Below the pieces are notes generated by a model. The model was given only the letters and a program-made list of their open reading frames with translations, had not been told where the DNA came from and did no database searches. DNA of 64,000 nucleotides from Podarcis cretensis. Lineage: Eukaryota. Positions within the stretch are counted from its first letter, which is position 1, and each line of letters begins with the position of its first letter. This document shows, piece after piece, positions 1 through 11,070 of this stretch. The position numbers and the translations under genes were made by a program. Location: contig OX638149.1 in the NCBI GenBank assembly GCA_951804945.1, positions 94,736,001 through 94,800,000 of the forward strand, read 5' to 3'.

Positions 1-517
1 ATACCAGCTGCACTGGCTCCCGGTGGAGTACAGGATCAGGTTTAAGGTGCTGGTTTTAACCTTTAAAGCCCTATACGGCCTAGGACCCTCGTACCTACAG
101 GACCGCCTCTCCTGGTATGCCCCACAGAGGAACCTACGGTCTGCAAATAAAAACATCCTGAAGGTCCCAGGCCTCAGAGAGGTTAGGCTGGCCTCAACTA
201 GAGCCAGGGCTTTCTCAGCTGTGGCTCCAATCTGGTGGAACGCTCTGTCACAAGAGACTAGGGCCCTGCGGGACCTGACATCTTTCCGCAGGGCCTGCAA
301 GACAGAGTTGTTCCACCAGGCCTTTGGTCAGGGCACAGCCTGACTCCCTCCTCTGGCAACCTGCACAGAATTTTGCTTAACGGTTGCCATTAATTTGATT
401 TTAATTAATTTTTATAATGAAATGTTTTTAGAAGGTTGGATTATTTGATTGTTTGATTATTTGATTGTTAGCTGCCCTGAGCCCGGCTTCGGCTGGGGAG
501 GGCGGGATATAAATAAA

Positions 518-560
<43 letters not shown>
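1..560 (+). mobile_element. 3' end of a fairly young L2-clade LINE (ORF2 C-terminus, 3'UTR stem-loop, (ATT)n tail)
   Basis: Uninterrupted LHWLPVEYRIRFKVLVLTFKALYGLGPSYL...RAFSAVAPIWWNAL...FRRACKTELFHQAF, typical of L2 ORF2 ends. GC-rich hairpin at 472-505, then (ATT)n at about 518-560. Confidence 0.9.
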
Positions 561-689
561 TATGTTTGTAGTACATTTACATCCCCCTTCTAGCATAAAT
601 ATACATTATAACATGCAATAATTATGTGGGTGTGGGTCTGTAACATTTACAAAGAGAGACAAAGTTAGCAGTTTAAAATAGTATAAGCT

Positions 690-1165
690 TATCTGCCCTG
701 TCAAAAAAGCCTGCTGAAATACAGAGGTCTTCAGCAGCCAGTGACAAACAGTTAGGGAGGCAGCCAAGTATACCTCATGGGCAGTATGTTCCATAATCTG
801 GCCGCTGCCACCAAGAAGTCCCTCTATCTTGTTTCATACAGCTGTGCTGTATGGGTACGAAGATGGGCCTCACCTTCTAATTCTAGAGAGTGGGCATGAT
901 GATATGGGAGGAGGTAATTCTTTAATGTATGTTAGGCCTAAGCCAGGGAGAGCTTTGGAAGTGCTCAACAACACTTTCAATTGTGTATGAAAGAAGACTG
1001 GAACCACAGCAGCTATTGTAGGGTGGGTGTAACATGATCATATGGACAAACATCCACCAGCATCTTTGCAACTACATTTTGGACCAAGTCAAGCTTCCAA
1101 AGACATTCCAAAGGTACCACCATTTAGAGGAAGCTGCAGTAAGCCAACCTAGATGTAACGAAGAT
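690..1165 (-). mobile_element. Degenerate L2 LINE ORF2 fragment, tail-to-tail with the first L2
   Basis: Minus strand reads VTSRLAYCS...KLDLVQNVVAK and AAARLWNILP, decayed versions of L2 motifs VTSRLDYCN..KLQLVQNAAAR and APRLWNSLP. Confidence 0.7.
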
Positions 1166-2449
1166 GCAGAAGGACCTTCTCTGTTGTGGCTCCAAAGTGT
1201 TTGAATGTCCTTCCCTCCAAGGCATGTCTTGTTGTTTTCAGTACCACTGTTGTTGTTTTCAGCATCAGATCAAGATAGACTTCTTTGCCCAGGCTTTACG
1301 GCAGTGGTGGGGAACCTCTTTGGCCCAGCAACAAGTGCCTTCTGTGCATTATGGACTCTTCTTTAAAATATACTGACGTTTATCCAATCTAAATGACCAC
1401 TGGATCAGAGACTAATATAATATGGAAATTCCAAACACCAAGCTTACTACTGCAACTGTACTGCTCACCATTTTGCCATGAGCACCATTAAGCATGCCTG
1501 GAACTAACAGTCATGGACAAGGAATGCAACTTTCTTCTTTATTTGGTTATGGACAGCTATCCTTTCCTGCGATGTATCCTTCCATGACAGAGAGAAGCAG
1601 ATTGTTTGCATTCATGAGGATATTACAATTAGCCAACTTAATCCTTAAGCAAAATTATTTTCTAGAAGGTATATGCTGAAAAGCTGCAAGAAATCCCAGA
1701 GTTTAACTACAGTTTATAAGCTAGCCCATGTCTGTTTCCAAGTGATGTATAAACAGTTATGTATCAAGATCAGAAGTGAGACAGATGAGAATTACTGGCA
1801 AGTTCTGGGAGTTGGGAATGGAAGTAACATGTTTATGTCTTTCAGATAATACATAATGTCCCTGTTTTCACTTCACATTTCCATGTTTCTTAAACTTCTG
1901 TTGCTGAAAGCTATCACTGCCTGCCGGCTTACAATTGGGGTTAAGGTTTTAATCTGTAGCTTCCAAAGCCCTAAATGGTTTGAAAGCTAGTTACTCAAAT
2001 AACTCTCCTTCTCCCCATTAGACCTTCTCAACAAGCATAGTACATAGTTCCATATGTGGAAGAATAGAGACACAAATTATTGTACAAAATAAATTTGGAG
2101 GGCAGCTGACGGGTGCATCCATTGTAGGGTAGGTCTACGTAGGTCTACATCAAAAACGTAAGAACGAGAAAAGCCAAGGTGAACCAGACCACACATCCAT
2201 CTAGTTCTGCATTCTGTCCTCTCAGTGGTCAACTAGATGCCTACAGAAAGCCTACAAGCAGAACAAGAGCAAAATGCTGTCTGCGATATGGGACATAATA
2301 TATAGTTATTATAACTAGTATAAATGAAAGTCATTGATCAGAGAAGAAGCTTTGCCTTCCAAGATGCCAACCCCACAAGGCCACAATGGCCAAGTGATAG
2401 GATTTTCATTAACTCTAACAGTTTGCAATGCAGAACAAACTACCTCTGC

Positions 2450-2805
2450 TTCGATTCAGACATCACGCAAAACTATGCTTTGTGCGAATCATAGTCAAGA
2501 ACTGACCCTATCATTTAAACACCCGAACACGCAGAGCAGAGAAACTACGGTGCAGAATTTTTTGTCTGGTTTGTTTTCCTTCTGTTCAGTATTCAGAGGT
2601 TCTGCTCAGTATTCATTCAGTTCATTCTCACCTCTGTGGTGCACCAGCCTTAATTATGATGTGTGAACAATTTATGAGTTCAGACATATCTACAGTTATA
2701 ACAAATTGTGCAAACCAGCTTCAAATCATGGTTTTTACGTCCTGTTTTGGCAGCCACTCACAAACCATGATTTGCAAAGCTGGGGTTTTGTGTTATGTCT
2801 GAATA
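2450..2805. mobile_element. Two adjacent degenerate palindromic non-autonomous DNA elements
   Basis: Inverted ends ttcagacat...atgtctgaa or atgtgtgaa, and an inner inverted pair caaatcatggttt / aaaccatgatttg. Confidence 0.5.
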
Positions 2806-3024
2806 AAAGCCTCTGTGTAGGGATGCAAGGCAGCAAGTGGCAGTACTAGGCAGCTAGTGGTATTCCTTAAGAATAGGACTACTTAAGAAAGACAGCAACT
2901 GGACTCAGTGGGCTTTATTTTCAGGGAGCCACTTCCTCAATGTTTACAAAGAAATTGTCTGGAATTCTGTGACCAGAAAACCTACAGATTTGAATAAATG
3001 CATATAAACTAAAGACAGTCCACA

Positions 3025-3178
3025 ATTACTGAATCAGATACTTGCTCCATCTAGCTCAGCACTGTTTACACTGACTGGCAGTGGCTCTTCAGGATTTCAG
3101 ACGGGGAATTTTCCCAGACCTACCAGGAGAGGCTGGGCACTGAACCTGGGATTTCCTGCATTCTACCACTGAGCTGCT
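3025..3178 (-). mobile_element. tRNA-derived squamate SINE (degenerate)
   Basis: Minus strand gcagctcagtggtagaatgcagg..cccaggttcagtgcccagc..ctgccagtcagtgtaaacagtgctgagctagatgg. Related copies at about 4145-4310, 7805-8110, 51200-51365 and 55527-55625. Confidence 0.65.
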
Positions 3179-3621
3179 CCTTCTCACAAAAGGGATAAGT
3201 ATCAAAATATTCAGTAAAACACCTCTACCATCAGATGTGTAGATGCAGCAGGGCACTCACTGAAGATAAGATGCATTCTGTCCATTAAAGCAAAGCTAAA
3301 TAAGATCATAGCTAAGAAGATTTGCTGACCCTATGATAACAACTTTAGATCAATATGTGTACCTACGAAACCAGCCAGATTACTGCAACCAGCAATAGGA
3401 GGCCCTGTTAACTGTATCATGGCCTGCAGAAGCCCAGCAGAGAAGGGGCTTTCTCCACAGTGCTGCATACAGTGAGGGTATGATCTTCCCCTGGATAGTA
3501 GTCAGCACGGACTGCAGGGTGCTTCTTCTGGTAATTAAGAACATACCTTTTAACAAAAATTTATACCGGAAATGGAGGAAATGAGAAGATACGGTACTAT
3601 ATTCACTTTTCTTGATAGTCA

Positions 3622-3830
3622 ACCACAAGAACTTTGGAACTCCCTGCCTATTGAGATCAAGAATGTGCCTTTGTTGTATTCTTTTCAGTGCCTGCTAAAA
3701 ACATTCCTGTTAAGGCAAGCTTAACCCGACGCTTAGAAAATTTAGGTAATCTTAATTTGTTTTTAGTATTTTAACTTTTGTATGCTTTTATTGATTTTAT
3801 TGTTTTATATTTTTGTAAATCTTATGAAAT
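3622..3830 (+). mobile_element. Old L2 3' fragment
   Basis: LWNSLPIEIKNVPLLYSFQCLLKTFLLRQA motif followed by an AT-rich 3'UTR. Confidence 0.65.
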
Positions 3831-4440
3831 AAACCATACATACTAAGGAAACATTCAGTCTCATTTCCTAAAATCTGCATTCTGTTGCAATAAAGCTCAC
3901 GGCCATACAAGCAAACAACAAAAATGCAGCCTTGTCACAAAACACCCTCTACTGGACAAACTTCAAAACAGCAGCAAATATGTTTTCTTTCCTCGTTCCA
4001 GAATGCCTTGCCAGATCTTAGTTGTGCCACATATTTTAGGCAACTGTGATGGGACAGCAGCCTTTTTAGAAAAATCTGCCCTGAACTGCTCTGCTAATCT
4101 GAGACAGCTTGTGCGTACCTTCCATTGATAAGAAAGCAGAAAGATGCCTTAAAGCAAGTCAAACCATTGGTCCATCTAGCTCTGTACACCAACTGGTGGC
4201 AGCGCTTCATGATCTCAGATGCCAGAAAGCTGCTGCCAGTCAGTGCAGGCAATACTTAGCTAAATGGGGAAATGATCTAAGTCAGTTTAAGGTCGCTTCC
4301 TATGTTCCGATCAAAGTCCCCTGGCTACCCCCTCACTGACTGACTGCCCCAATTCGTATGTAGATGCTGGTAACCAAAGTGTTAGCAATGTTACAAGAAA
4401 CAGACAGTAGGGCTGCCATTACTTTCTGACCAAGACTTAC

Positions 4441-4575
4441 CATTGAGGAGCCAAGTGATCTCAGGCACAGGGGTACCCTCAACTAAGCACTGAAGCACAA
4501 AATCCTGTCCTTCACTCACACTGCATGACTTCAAAATGGTGGAAAAATGAGGAGCGACATCCTTCACTTTGGGCC
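4441..4575 (-). CDS. MYLK: MYLK coding exon 9 (135 nt, start of Ig4); the CDS continues outside the window
   Basis: (R)PKVKDVAPHFSTILKSCSVSEGQDFVLQCLVEGTPVPEITWLLN. tttgatttgtag| acceptor, G|gtaagt donor. The next exon (QPIQYA...) was not seen in 1-4440. Confidence 0.95.
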
Positions 4576-4850
4576 CTACAAATCAAAGCAAAGGAAGATA
4601 CACTAGAAACAGAAGGTATGCAAAATCCAGCACCAGTAACCTGTTTCAGAATGGAAAAGCAATTCCCACAATAGACAGCAAAACAGTAAGTGTTTTACCA
4701 GCTATACATAATTAAAAGTTTCATTGTCAAAATGTCAGGTCACATTGGTTAAGGACTTCATAAAGTGTTGCAGTCTATTACGTATAAACACCAAATGACA
4801 GGTCATAATGCAGGCTTCATGGGTACCATTAGCCCAACAGCCCCTTCTCT

Positions 4851-5072
4851 GCGTTCGTCCACACCTCAGCTTGTCCCATGTCTAGAAAGAATGGGTCTGA
4901 GCAGTTTTCTGTTTGCTCTGCCACTTTCCCTGGGAAAATCCGCTTGTTAGTGCTGAAACGAAGCAAATACCAATCTGAAGAAAACATGATGGATGTTTGC
5001 TTCAATTCAGCTGCAAAAATTGGGTTTTCCCAGGGGAAAGTGGCAGTACGAGTGGAAGTCTGCATGAGTCCT
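4851..5072. mobile_element. Palindromic MITE (probably PIF/Harbinger), same family as 42316-42594 and 62805-62920
   Basis: Inverted arms ctgccactttccctgggaaaatcc (4918-4941) / gggttttcccaggggaaagtggcag (5022-5046), and gctgaaacgaagcaaata / tgtttgcttcaattcagc. Confidence 0.7.
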
Positions 5073-5715
5073 CTGTTGCAAAGTGTCCTCAGGAGGGTTG
5101 CTTTGCAACAAGGAAAAGCTGGCGTCAGCAAGAGGGAGATAATGCTTAATGCTTCCCTTGTGAACCTCTTTCTCCCCTGACACACTGCTCCCTGTCTGTT
5201 CCCATCATCCACATTCTTTTCCCTGGACATATTGATTTTTCATTTCTTATAGAAAGCCTAGCTTTTGACTAACTGCTCTGAGAGCCAAAAGCGTATTATA
5301 GAGTTTTCACTACAAACTTTAAAATAAGTGCTATCTCCTACCAGGCTATTTTTAAATGTGGAGCAGCTATGACTGCTTGGCATTGTTATAAATAAGCACT
5401 CTTTTTATTTCTTAAATATGCAGGGCCCAAACGCTTGAGTGGTCTGGTCAAATCAGCACATTCCCACAGCCCAAACTCCCAGATCAAGAAACAATCACTC
5501 ATGTTATGTATTAAGTCAAGGTCTCCAAGAAATCTTACCCAACTCATAATAATTCGGTAACAATCTGTATCATGTGGGCCCTTATGGATGACTTGCTTCA
5601 TAGGTTTTTGTAATTATTGTATTTAAACAAAACTGCTTTAACCTTTCCCCACTCACCCTGACACAAAGTCCTGAAACAATCATCTGTGCCAATCATGCAC
5701 CAAAAATGTACTTAC

Positions 5716-5919
5716 TTTTTATTGTTAATATCCACCTGGTTGAAGCCTGGCCTTGAGCATTGGAGGCTGTACAGCAGTAAGACCCACTGTTTTCCAACTG
5801 AGTTTTTTTCAGACACAAACAATGGATTCCATCCTCTTCGTATATTTGGACTTCATCTCCTGCTTCCATTTGGCATCCTTCTTTGAACCATACAACATTT
5901 GCCTTGGGCTTCCCTGAAA
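5716..5919 (-). CDS. MYLK: MYLK coding exon 8 (204 nt; orthologue of human cassette exon 11, Ig3)
   Basis: (V)SGKPKANVVWFKEGCQMEAGDEVQIYEEDGIHCLCLKKTQLENSGSYCCTASNAQGQASTRWILTIK. gaactag| acceptor, A|gtaagt donor; symmetric phase 1-1. Confidence 0.94.
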
Positions 5920-6381
5920 CTAGTTCATCACAGGTGCATTATTACTAAAATATATTAATGTTACATACATATGTTGAGTGCATGAAAGAGGGTATGAAAG
6001 TGTGGGGTAGCCTCACCCACTTTTGATCATACCCACCACTGGTCCAGAAGGGTGAAGGCCAGAAAGTACAGCTACTCGTGCTTTAAATAGAAGCCAGCCA
6101 CCTTCTAGTTACTGAAAAAGCACAGAGTTCACCCATCATTAAGCAAACTAAAAAGTTCATCAGGCTGGAATATAGTGGGCAGAATGAAATGGGTTGTTCT
6201 GTTCTTAGCAGGAAGACACATGACACAACACTTTGTTTGGAGAAAAGCTAGTTTTGAAAATTCTTAGGGCAACAATAGAAAATTATGGTGGAAACTATCC
6301 AATGGGACATCCAGTTCACGGGTCCCCAACATTTTGGGGGCCTGTGAGTACATTTCTAATTTAAAGATGATGTAATTAGCA

Positions 6382-6517
6382 CAGGCATAGGCAAACTCGG
6401 CCCTTTAGATGTTTTGGGACTACAACTCCCATCATCCCTGACCACTGATCCTGTTAGCTAGGGATGATGGGAGTTGTAGTCCCAAAACACCTGGAGGGCC
6501 GAGTTTGCCTATGCCTG
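6382..6517. mobile_element. hAT-family palindromic MITE with perfect 8-bp TSD
   Basis: TIR CAGGCATAGGCAAACTCGGCCC at both ends; near-perfect ~60-bp arms; TSD AATTAGCA at 6374-6381 and 6518-6525. Confidence 0.92.
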
Positions 6518-6888
6518 AATTAGCACCACACACATACCACAACCACATGCACACATGCAGTGAAACCACTCACAGAGAGAGAAACCACATGCATGCACTC
6601 TCTTCTCCCTCCTCTGCCAGCAGGTTGGAGATAGGAGTTCTGAATACCACCGCCCCCCCCCCAATCGAGCAGGGTCAGGGGAACTAGTCCAGCTTGTTCC
6701 CTATATTTCTAGCTTTCTTCTTGGTAGGAGGTGTTTTATGCATTTTCGTTTTTATCATCACGGAAAAGCATTCACGAATCTGATGCCCCTCCTGCATTGC
6801 AAAGTTGTACAGATCCTTCTACTAGCCTCAGTATTTTACCACCTAACGCTGCTGTTGCAACTGTGGGCAAAGCCTTTCTCCTATTTAC

Positions 6889-7472
6889 CTTTGCATCTGA
6901 ATGTAACCACTTCTCCTTCGAGTGCTTCTTGGCTTTGTGGGCGACACTCAAACTGGGGAGCGATCCCTTGAGTCTCCCTCTTTACATCAGTTATGCTTTT
7001 CTTTAATCCAACACGGTCATCTAATTCCTTAGTCCTCAAACCGCTTGGCCTGATAGACGGGGCAGCCTGCCAGCCTGTTGTGAGTGGTTGCTTTGGCTTT
7101 TTCCCATCATCTTCCTGCCCATAGGAAGCTGCCTTCACTTGTGCCTTTGGTCCAGTTTGTACTTTAACAGACTGTAGAGTTATGGTGCTTGATGTTTTTT
7201 GCAGGACTCTGCAACCTTTCCCTTCCTCTTTACGTGGCTCTATATGGGGTTCCTTCACCTCTTCCAGTTGATTCTGTTTGGCTTCTTTGGATGAAGTGAG
7301 AGGGATCTCTTTCTTTACGGCTGGCCTTTCTTTGGGTTCAAGCAAAAGTTCTGTGGTAGTGGATTTGAGTTCTTTAGCAATTCCATTGCTAGTGGCCTTT
7401 CTGAACTCTGACGTTTCAATAGCTTTGGTTGTGATGGTGGGTTTTGTAAAGGTACTGCATTTTGTTGGCATG
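6889..7472 (-). CDS. MYLK: MYLK coding exon 7 (584 nt, low-complexity linker plus start of Ig3)
   Basis: MPTK...ATSNGIAKELKST...VLQKTSSTITLQ...PQFECRPQSQEALEGEVVTFRCK. cctctctttag| acceptor, G|gtaaat donor; phase 2 to 1; lies within ORF 6881..7504. Confidence 0.95.
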
Positions 7473-7595
7473 CTAAAGAGAGGAGGGAAGTTTATTAAGT
7501 ACACAGAACAATTCGCATCATGTTTGCATGCATTTCTTCAAATCTCTTTAAAATGGCTTACTAATCTCTTTTAAAGCAGGCTATATGTATTATGT

Positions 7596-7597
7596 GA

Positions 7598-7641
<44 letters not shown>

Positions 7642-7652
7642 AAAGAAAAGAA
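7596..7652 (+). repeat. (GAAA)n microsatellite
   Basis: About 12 perfect GAAA units plus a degenerate end. Confidence 0.95.
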
Positions 7653-7897
7653 GGAGCTGTAGTCTATATAAAGTGTGCAAACCTTCTTCTTGACATGCTA
7701 CTTGTATGTGCAGGGACAACATTCAAGCACTCAATCCTGCACCTACCACATGAACGATATAGGACATCTATTACAAGACCAACTAATCCATTACAAGGGA
7801 TAAGGAGAAGCCATAACTTAAAGTGCAGAAGGTTCCAAGGTTCAATCCTCAGGACCTACACTTTAATGATTTCAAAATGGAGACCTATGTCTTAAAC

Positions 7898-8020
7898 CAG
7901 AATAGGCAGTGTGATACTCGCCAGATTTATTGGACTCCAATAATCAATCCCAGGCAGCATGGCCAATGGTCAGGTATGATGCATTTTGTAGTCTGAAGGT
8001 CACCATGCTGTCTACCCCTG
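7898..8020. mobile_element. Old hAT MITE copy nested in a tRNA-derived SINE (about 7805-8110)
   Basis: ggactccaa..cccaggcagcatggccaatggtcagg..tgtagtc..cccctg core interrupts the SINE between its B-box region (ggttcaatcc) and its 3' part. Confidence 0.6.
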
Positions 8021-9548
8021 CCCTAGACTTTGGAGAGCAGCTGCTAGTCAGAGTAGACAGCTCTGAACTAGGCTGGACCAAAGGACTGACTCAGTGTAAG
8101 GCAACTTTATAAGCCTCTTGTGCCTTGGGTCACTGGTTTTAGCTCTGGGATTTTTGCTGAAGGTGGCATAGAAATCCATTAATGAAATAAAACCTTGAAT
8201 AGGCACTTGATTTGCTGCACCATTTATCTGCTGTTCTTCTGTAACTAAAAAGCTTTAAAATGTACACCTTCTGGTGTAATTTTTTCACAGCACCTTGCAA
8301 TTTTAGGCACTTTATCAGTAATCAATAGTAACTATAATAATTATAAGCTTCACAGCACGTGGCCAAATGGATGATTCATGGAGTTTTAAAATATTCTAAG
8401 CTGTGGGTTTTTGATTCTTTTTATTTATTTATTAAGAGCCTACTATGAAATATTCAGTTCTTTCATGAGCCCATGGTGTGAGGGTTTGAGGTAATGGGAA
8501 GCAAATAAAAGCCGACTATTAAACCATACATTTTCACCACTCAGCTAGTAATAACTCACACCCCCACTGTTAAAGTCTCAGGGCCTCATATATAGAACAG
8601 AAAGGGAGGAACAGCATCCCAAATCTCCTCTATCCTATTATCTGCTGCCACTAAAGGCACAGCCACAGTCCTAATCAGCCCCGCTACCCTGACTTTTAAA
8701 GTATGTGCCATATACTCACAGTGAGCTATCAGCCTCTTGCAGGCCCCAAGAGGCATCAACTCACTGTGGTGCTGCTTGTTGGAAGACTGACAATCCAAGC
8801 CTTCATGGCTACTAACAGATCCTTGGCCTCCAACATCATACTGCAGCTGTGGCTGGTCAGTCTTCCAACAAACAGTCCAGCCCTCTCACTGCGGTCAGGA
8901 ACAAAGGGAGCTTCCCTGCTTTTCTCTCTGCTCTCCTTACCTTGGGAGTAGCATCCATGGGATTAAACCCTGGGCACCCAACACAGTATCTTTGCATTTC
9001 ATATCAAAACACATTCAGGCAGATGCAGGGAGGCCAGGCAGAGCAAATTCCACCCAAAGAGCCCTACCCCTTGTGGTTCCACTAAACTTCTTATATGACC
9101 TGCATCCACAAGGAGTCAGGAAGCCCACCATAGAAAACCCAAGCCTTATTCAGGCATTCACCTGAGAGGTGAGGACTGTGGGAAGGAGCATGCTAGTTCC
9201 ACCCCTCCTTCCATCACCCTCCATGAAGGGTGATTGTCTGAAGAAGGGAGCCTCCTGTACTTATGTTGGGTCCCCACATTGAGGCTTAGAACCTTGGCAA
9301 ATCAGGATTCTACATTGCATGAGGAACCTACACAAACCGAAGAAGCCCCATTAAGCATTTATCTCCAAATTCTCTTCCTCACATGTGAAATATCCAGATT
9401 AGAAGAGGGATCCTATGGAATTTGTAAACCATTATTAGGCTATATGGACTCAACAATGCAAAAGACTTGTGACATACAGATAGGTTACTGTTTATTTTCT
9501 TAAAAGGATGGAAATCAAAATGTGGGTAGAGGGAGTTGAACAACATAC

Positions 9549-9585
9549 CAAGGAGGATGAGTGTGCACGTCTTTCTTAATAGAAC
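9549..9585 (-). CDS. MYLK: MYLK coding exon 6 (37 nt micro-exon)
   Basis: (G)SIKKDVHTHPP(C); catcatttcag| acceptor, TG|gtatgt donor. Supplies the phase 1 to 2 bridge needed between its neighbours and resembles chicken GPDKTDTHAQPLC as recalled. Confidence 0.85.
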
Positions 9586-9878
9586 CTGAAATGATGAAGC
9601 ATTAAAAGATATTATAAAAATATGATATTGGAATGTTAAGGAGAGGATATATGTTACAGTTTGTTTTCAAGACACAAGATCTGATATTACTGAGAATTCA
9701 TGGTGGCCCTAAATTATATTCACTTGTCCCTGAGTCAGCAAAATACAATTCACTTCCAGCCACACAAATATTTGCCTGCCTAGCTTAAATGATAAGGTGA
9801 CCACAACCAAATTATTTCTGGGACTGGGAAGAAAAAAGCCCCTGGAGATTAAACCCTTGTTAGACTGGGACTTTCAGA

Positions 9879-9923
<45 letters not shown>

Positions 9924-10085
9924 TTATTATTTATACCCCGCCCATCTGGCTGGGACTCCCCAGCCACTCTGGGCGGCTTCCATAGAAAGCAAAAATACAA
10001 TAAAATATCACACGTTAAAAACTTCCCTGAATGTCAGGTAGTCGTTTATCGCTTTGACATCTGCTGGAAGGGCGTTCCACAGGGC
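9879..10085 (-). mobile_element. L2 3' end with stem-loop and (ATT)n tail
   Basis: (AAT)n at 9879-9921 on the + strand; hairpin tggctggg-actc-cccagcca inside ccgccca...tgggcgg; minus-strand ALWNALP motif. Confidence 0.8.
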
Positions 10086-10450
10086 CATATACAAATGATT
10101 TATTTCAGCGCTAAGGACATTGGCAGGATTATTATAATAACCTGCAGTTTCATAAGAGTATATAATTAAAGTAGATGAATAAAATAATAAATTAATTTAG
10201 AATATGCAGGAAATGTAGCTATGTGCAACATTAACTATTGAGAGGAGGAATGCCATTTCATATGCACTGGTGTAGGTTTATGCCTGTACTGTGCTTTGGA
10301 GCCCTTTGCTTGAGTGCTGACTTCCATCCTCAAGTTTTATCACCTGCGGCCATGGATTGCCTTCTTGGTTTTGATTAGATTTGAAAAGCACAAACTCACT
10401 GCCTCTAACATGATCACGATTCAAGGCCTTTTATGGTCACAATATGAATA

Positions 10451-10665
10451 GGGACAGTGTGGTGTAGTGGTTAGACCTCAGAGACCAAGGTTCAAATCCC
10501 TACTCAGTAATGAAACTCACTGGGTAACCTTGGCCAGTCACTGCCTCTCAGCCTAACTGTGACCTCACAGGGTTGCTGCTGTGCAGATTAAATGAGGAGG
10601 GGGGAGAACCATGTACACTACCTTGAGCTCCTTGGAGAAAAGGTAGGTTTATCAATGCAATAAAT
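10451..10665 (+). mobile_element. MIR/CORE-type tRNA SINE (Squam3-like)
   Basis: A box TGGTGTAGTGG, B box GGTTCAAATCC, core accttggccagtcactgcctctcagcc, and L2-like tail ccttgagctccttggag..aataaat. Weaker relatives near 12015, 18065, 27610 and 29345. Confidence 0.8.
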
Positions 10666-10869
10666 ATATAAAATATCCACAGGAAGTGTGTGTACCTTAG
10701 GCAGCTGTATACCGTAATTCTAAAGCAGCTAAGCTAAGGGATAATGGAGCAGAATCTGACATTCCCAGAATACAGCCACAAGTGGTGGTGAGTTTAATAG
10801 GTTTTCTGATCCTCCATGATTTAATTCATTATTTGTCAAGGGAATAAACAAGAACTCAGAAACAGAGCA

Positions 10870-11010
10870 AAGGAAGGCAACACAAGAAGAGGCCTTTTCA
10901 GTGGTGGCTCCCCAGCTATGGAATGCTCTCCCCAGGGAAGTGTGCCTGGTGCCATCATTATCAACATTTGGGTGCCAGGTAAAGGCATTCCAGTTTATCC
11001 AGCCATTGAT
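10870..11010 (+). mobile_element. Old L2 3' fragment
   Basis: EAFSVVAPQLWNALPREV motif. Confidence 0.65.
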
Positions 11011-11070
11011 TCTTAATTGGGATCATATGGCATTATGGTACCCTAGCCTGTTTTAGTGTTCAACCTTTAG

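Noticed and set aside
23-343. 106-aa ORF as a host gene
   Set aside because: It is the C-terminal end of an L2 ORF2.
4829-5230. Overlapping ORFs on both strands as an extra exon
   Set aside because: The region is largely a palindromic MITE, and exons 8 and 9 already join in frame.
10451-10510. tRNA gene
   Set aside because: The A/B boxes belong to a SINE head; no full cloverleaf.
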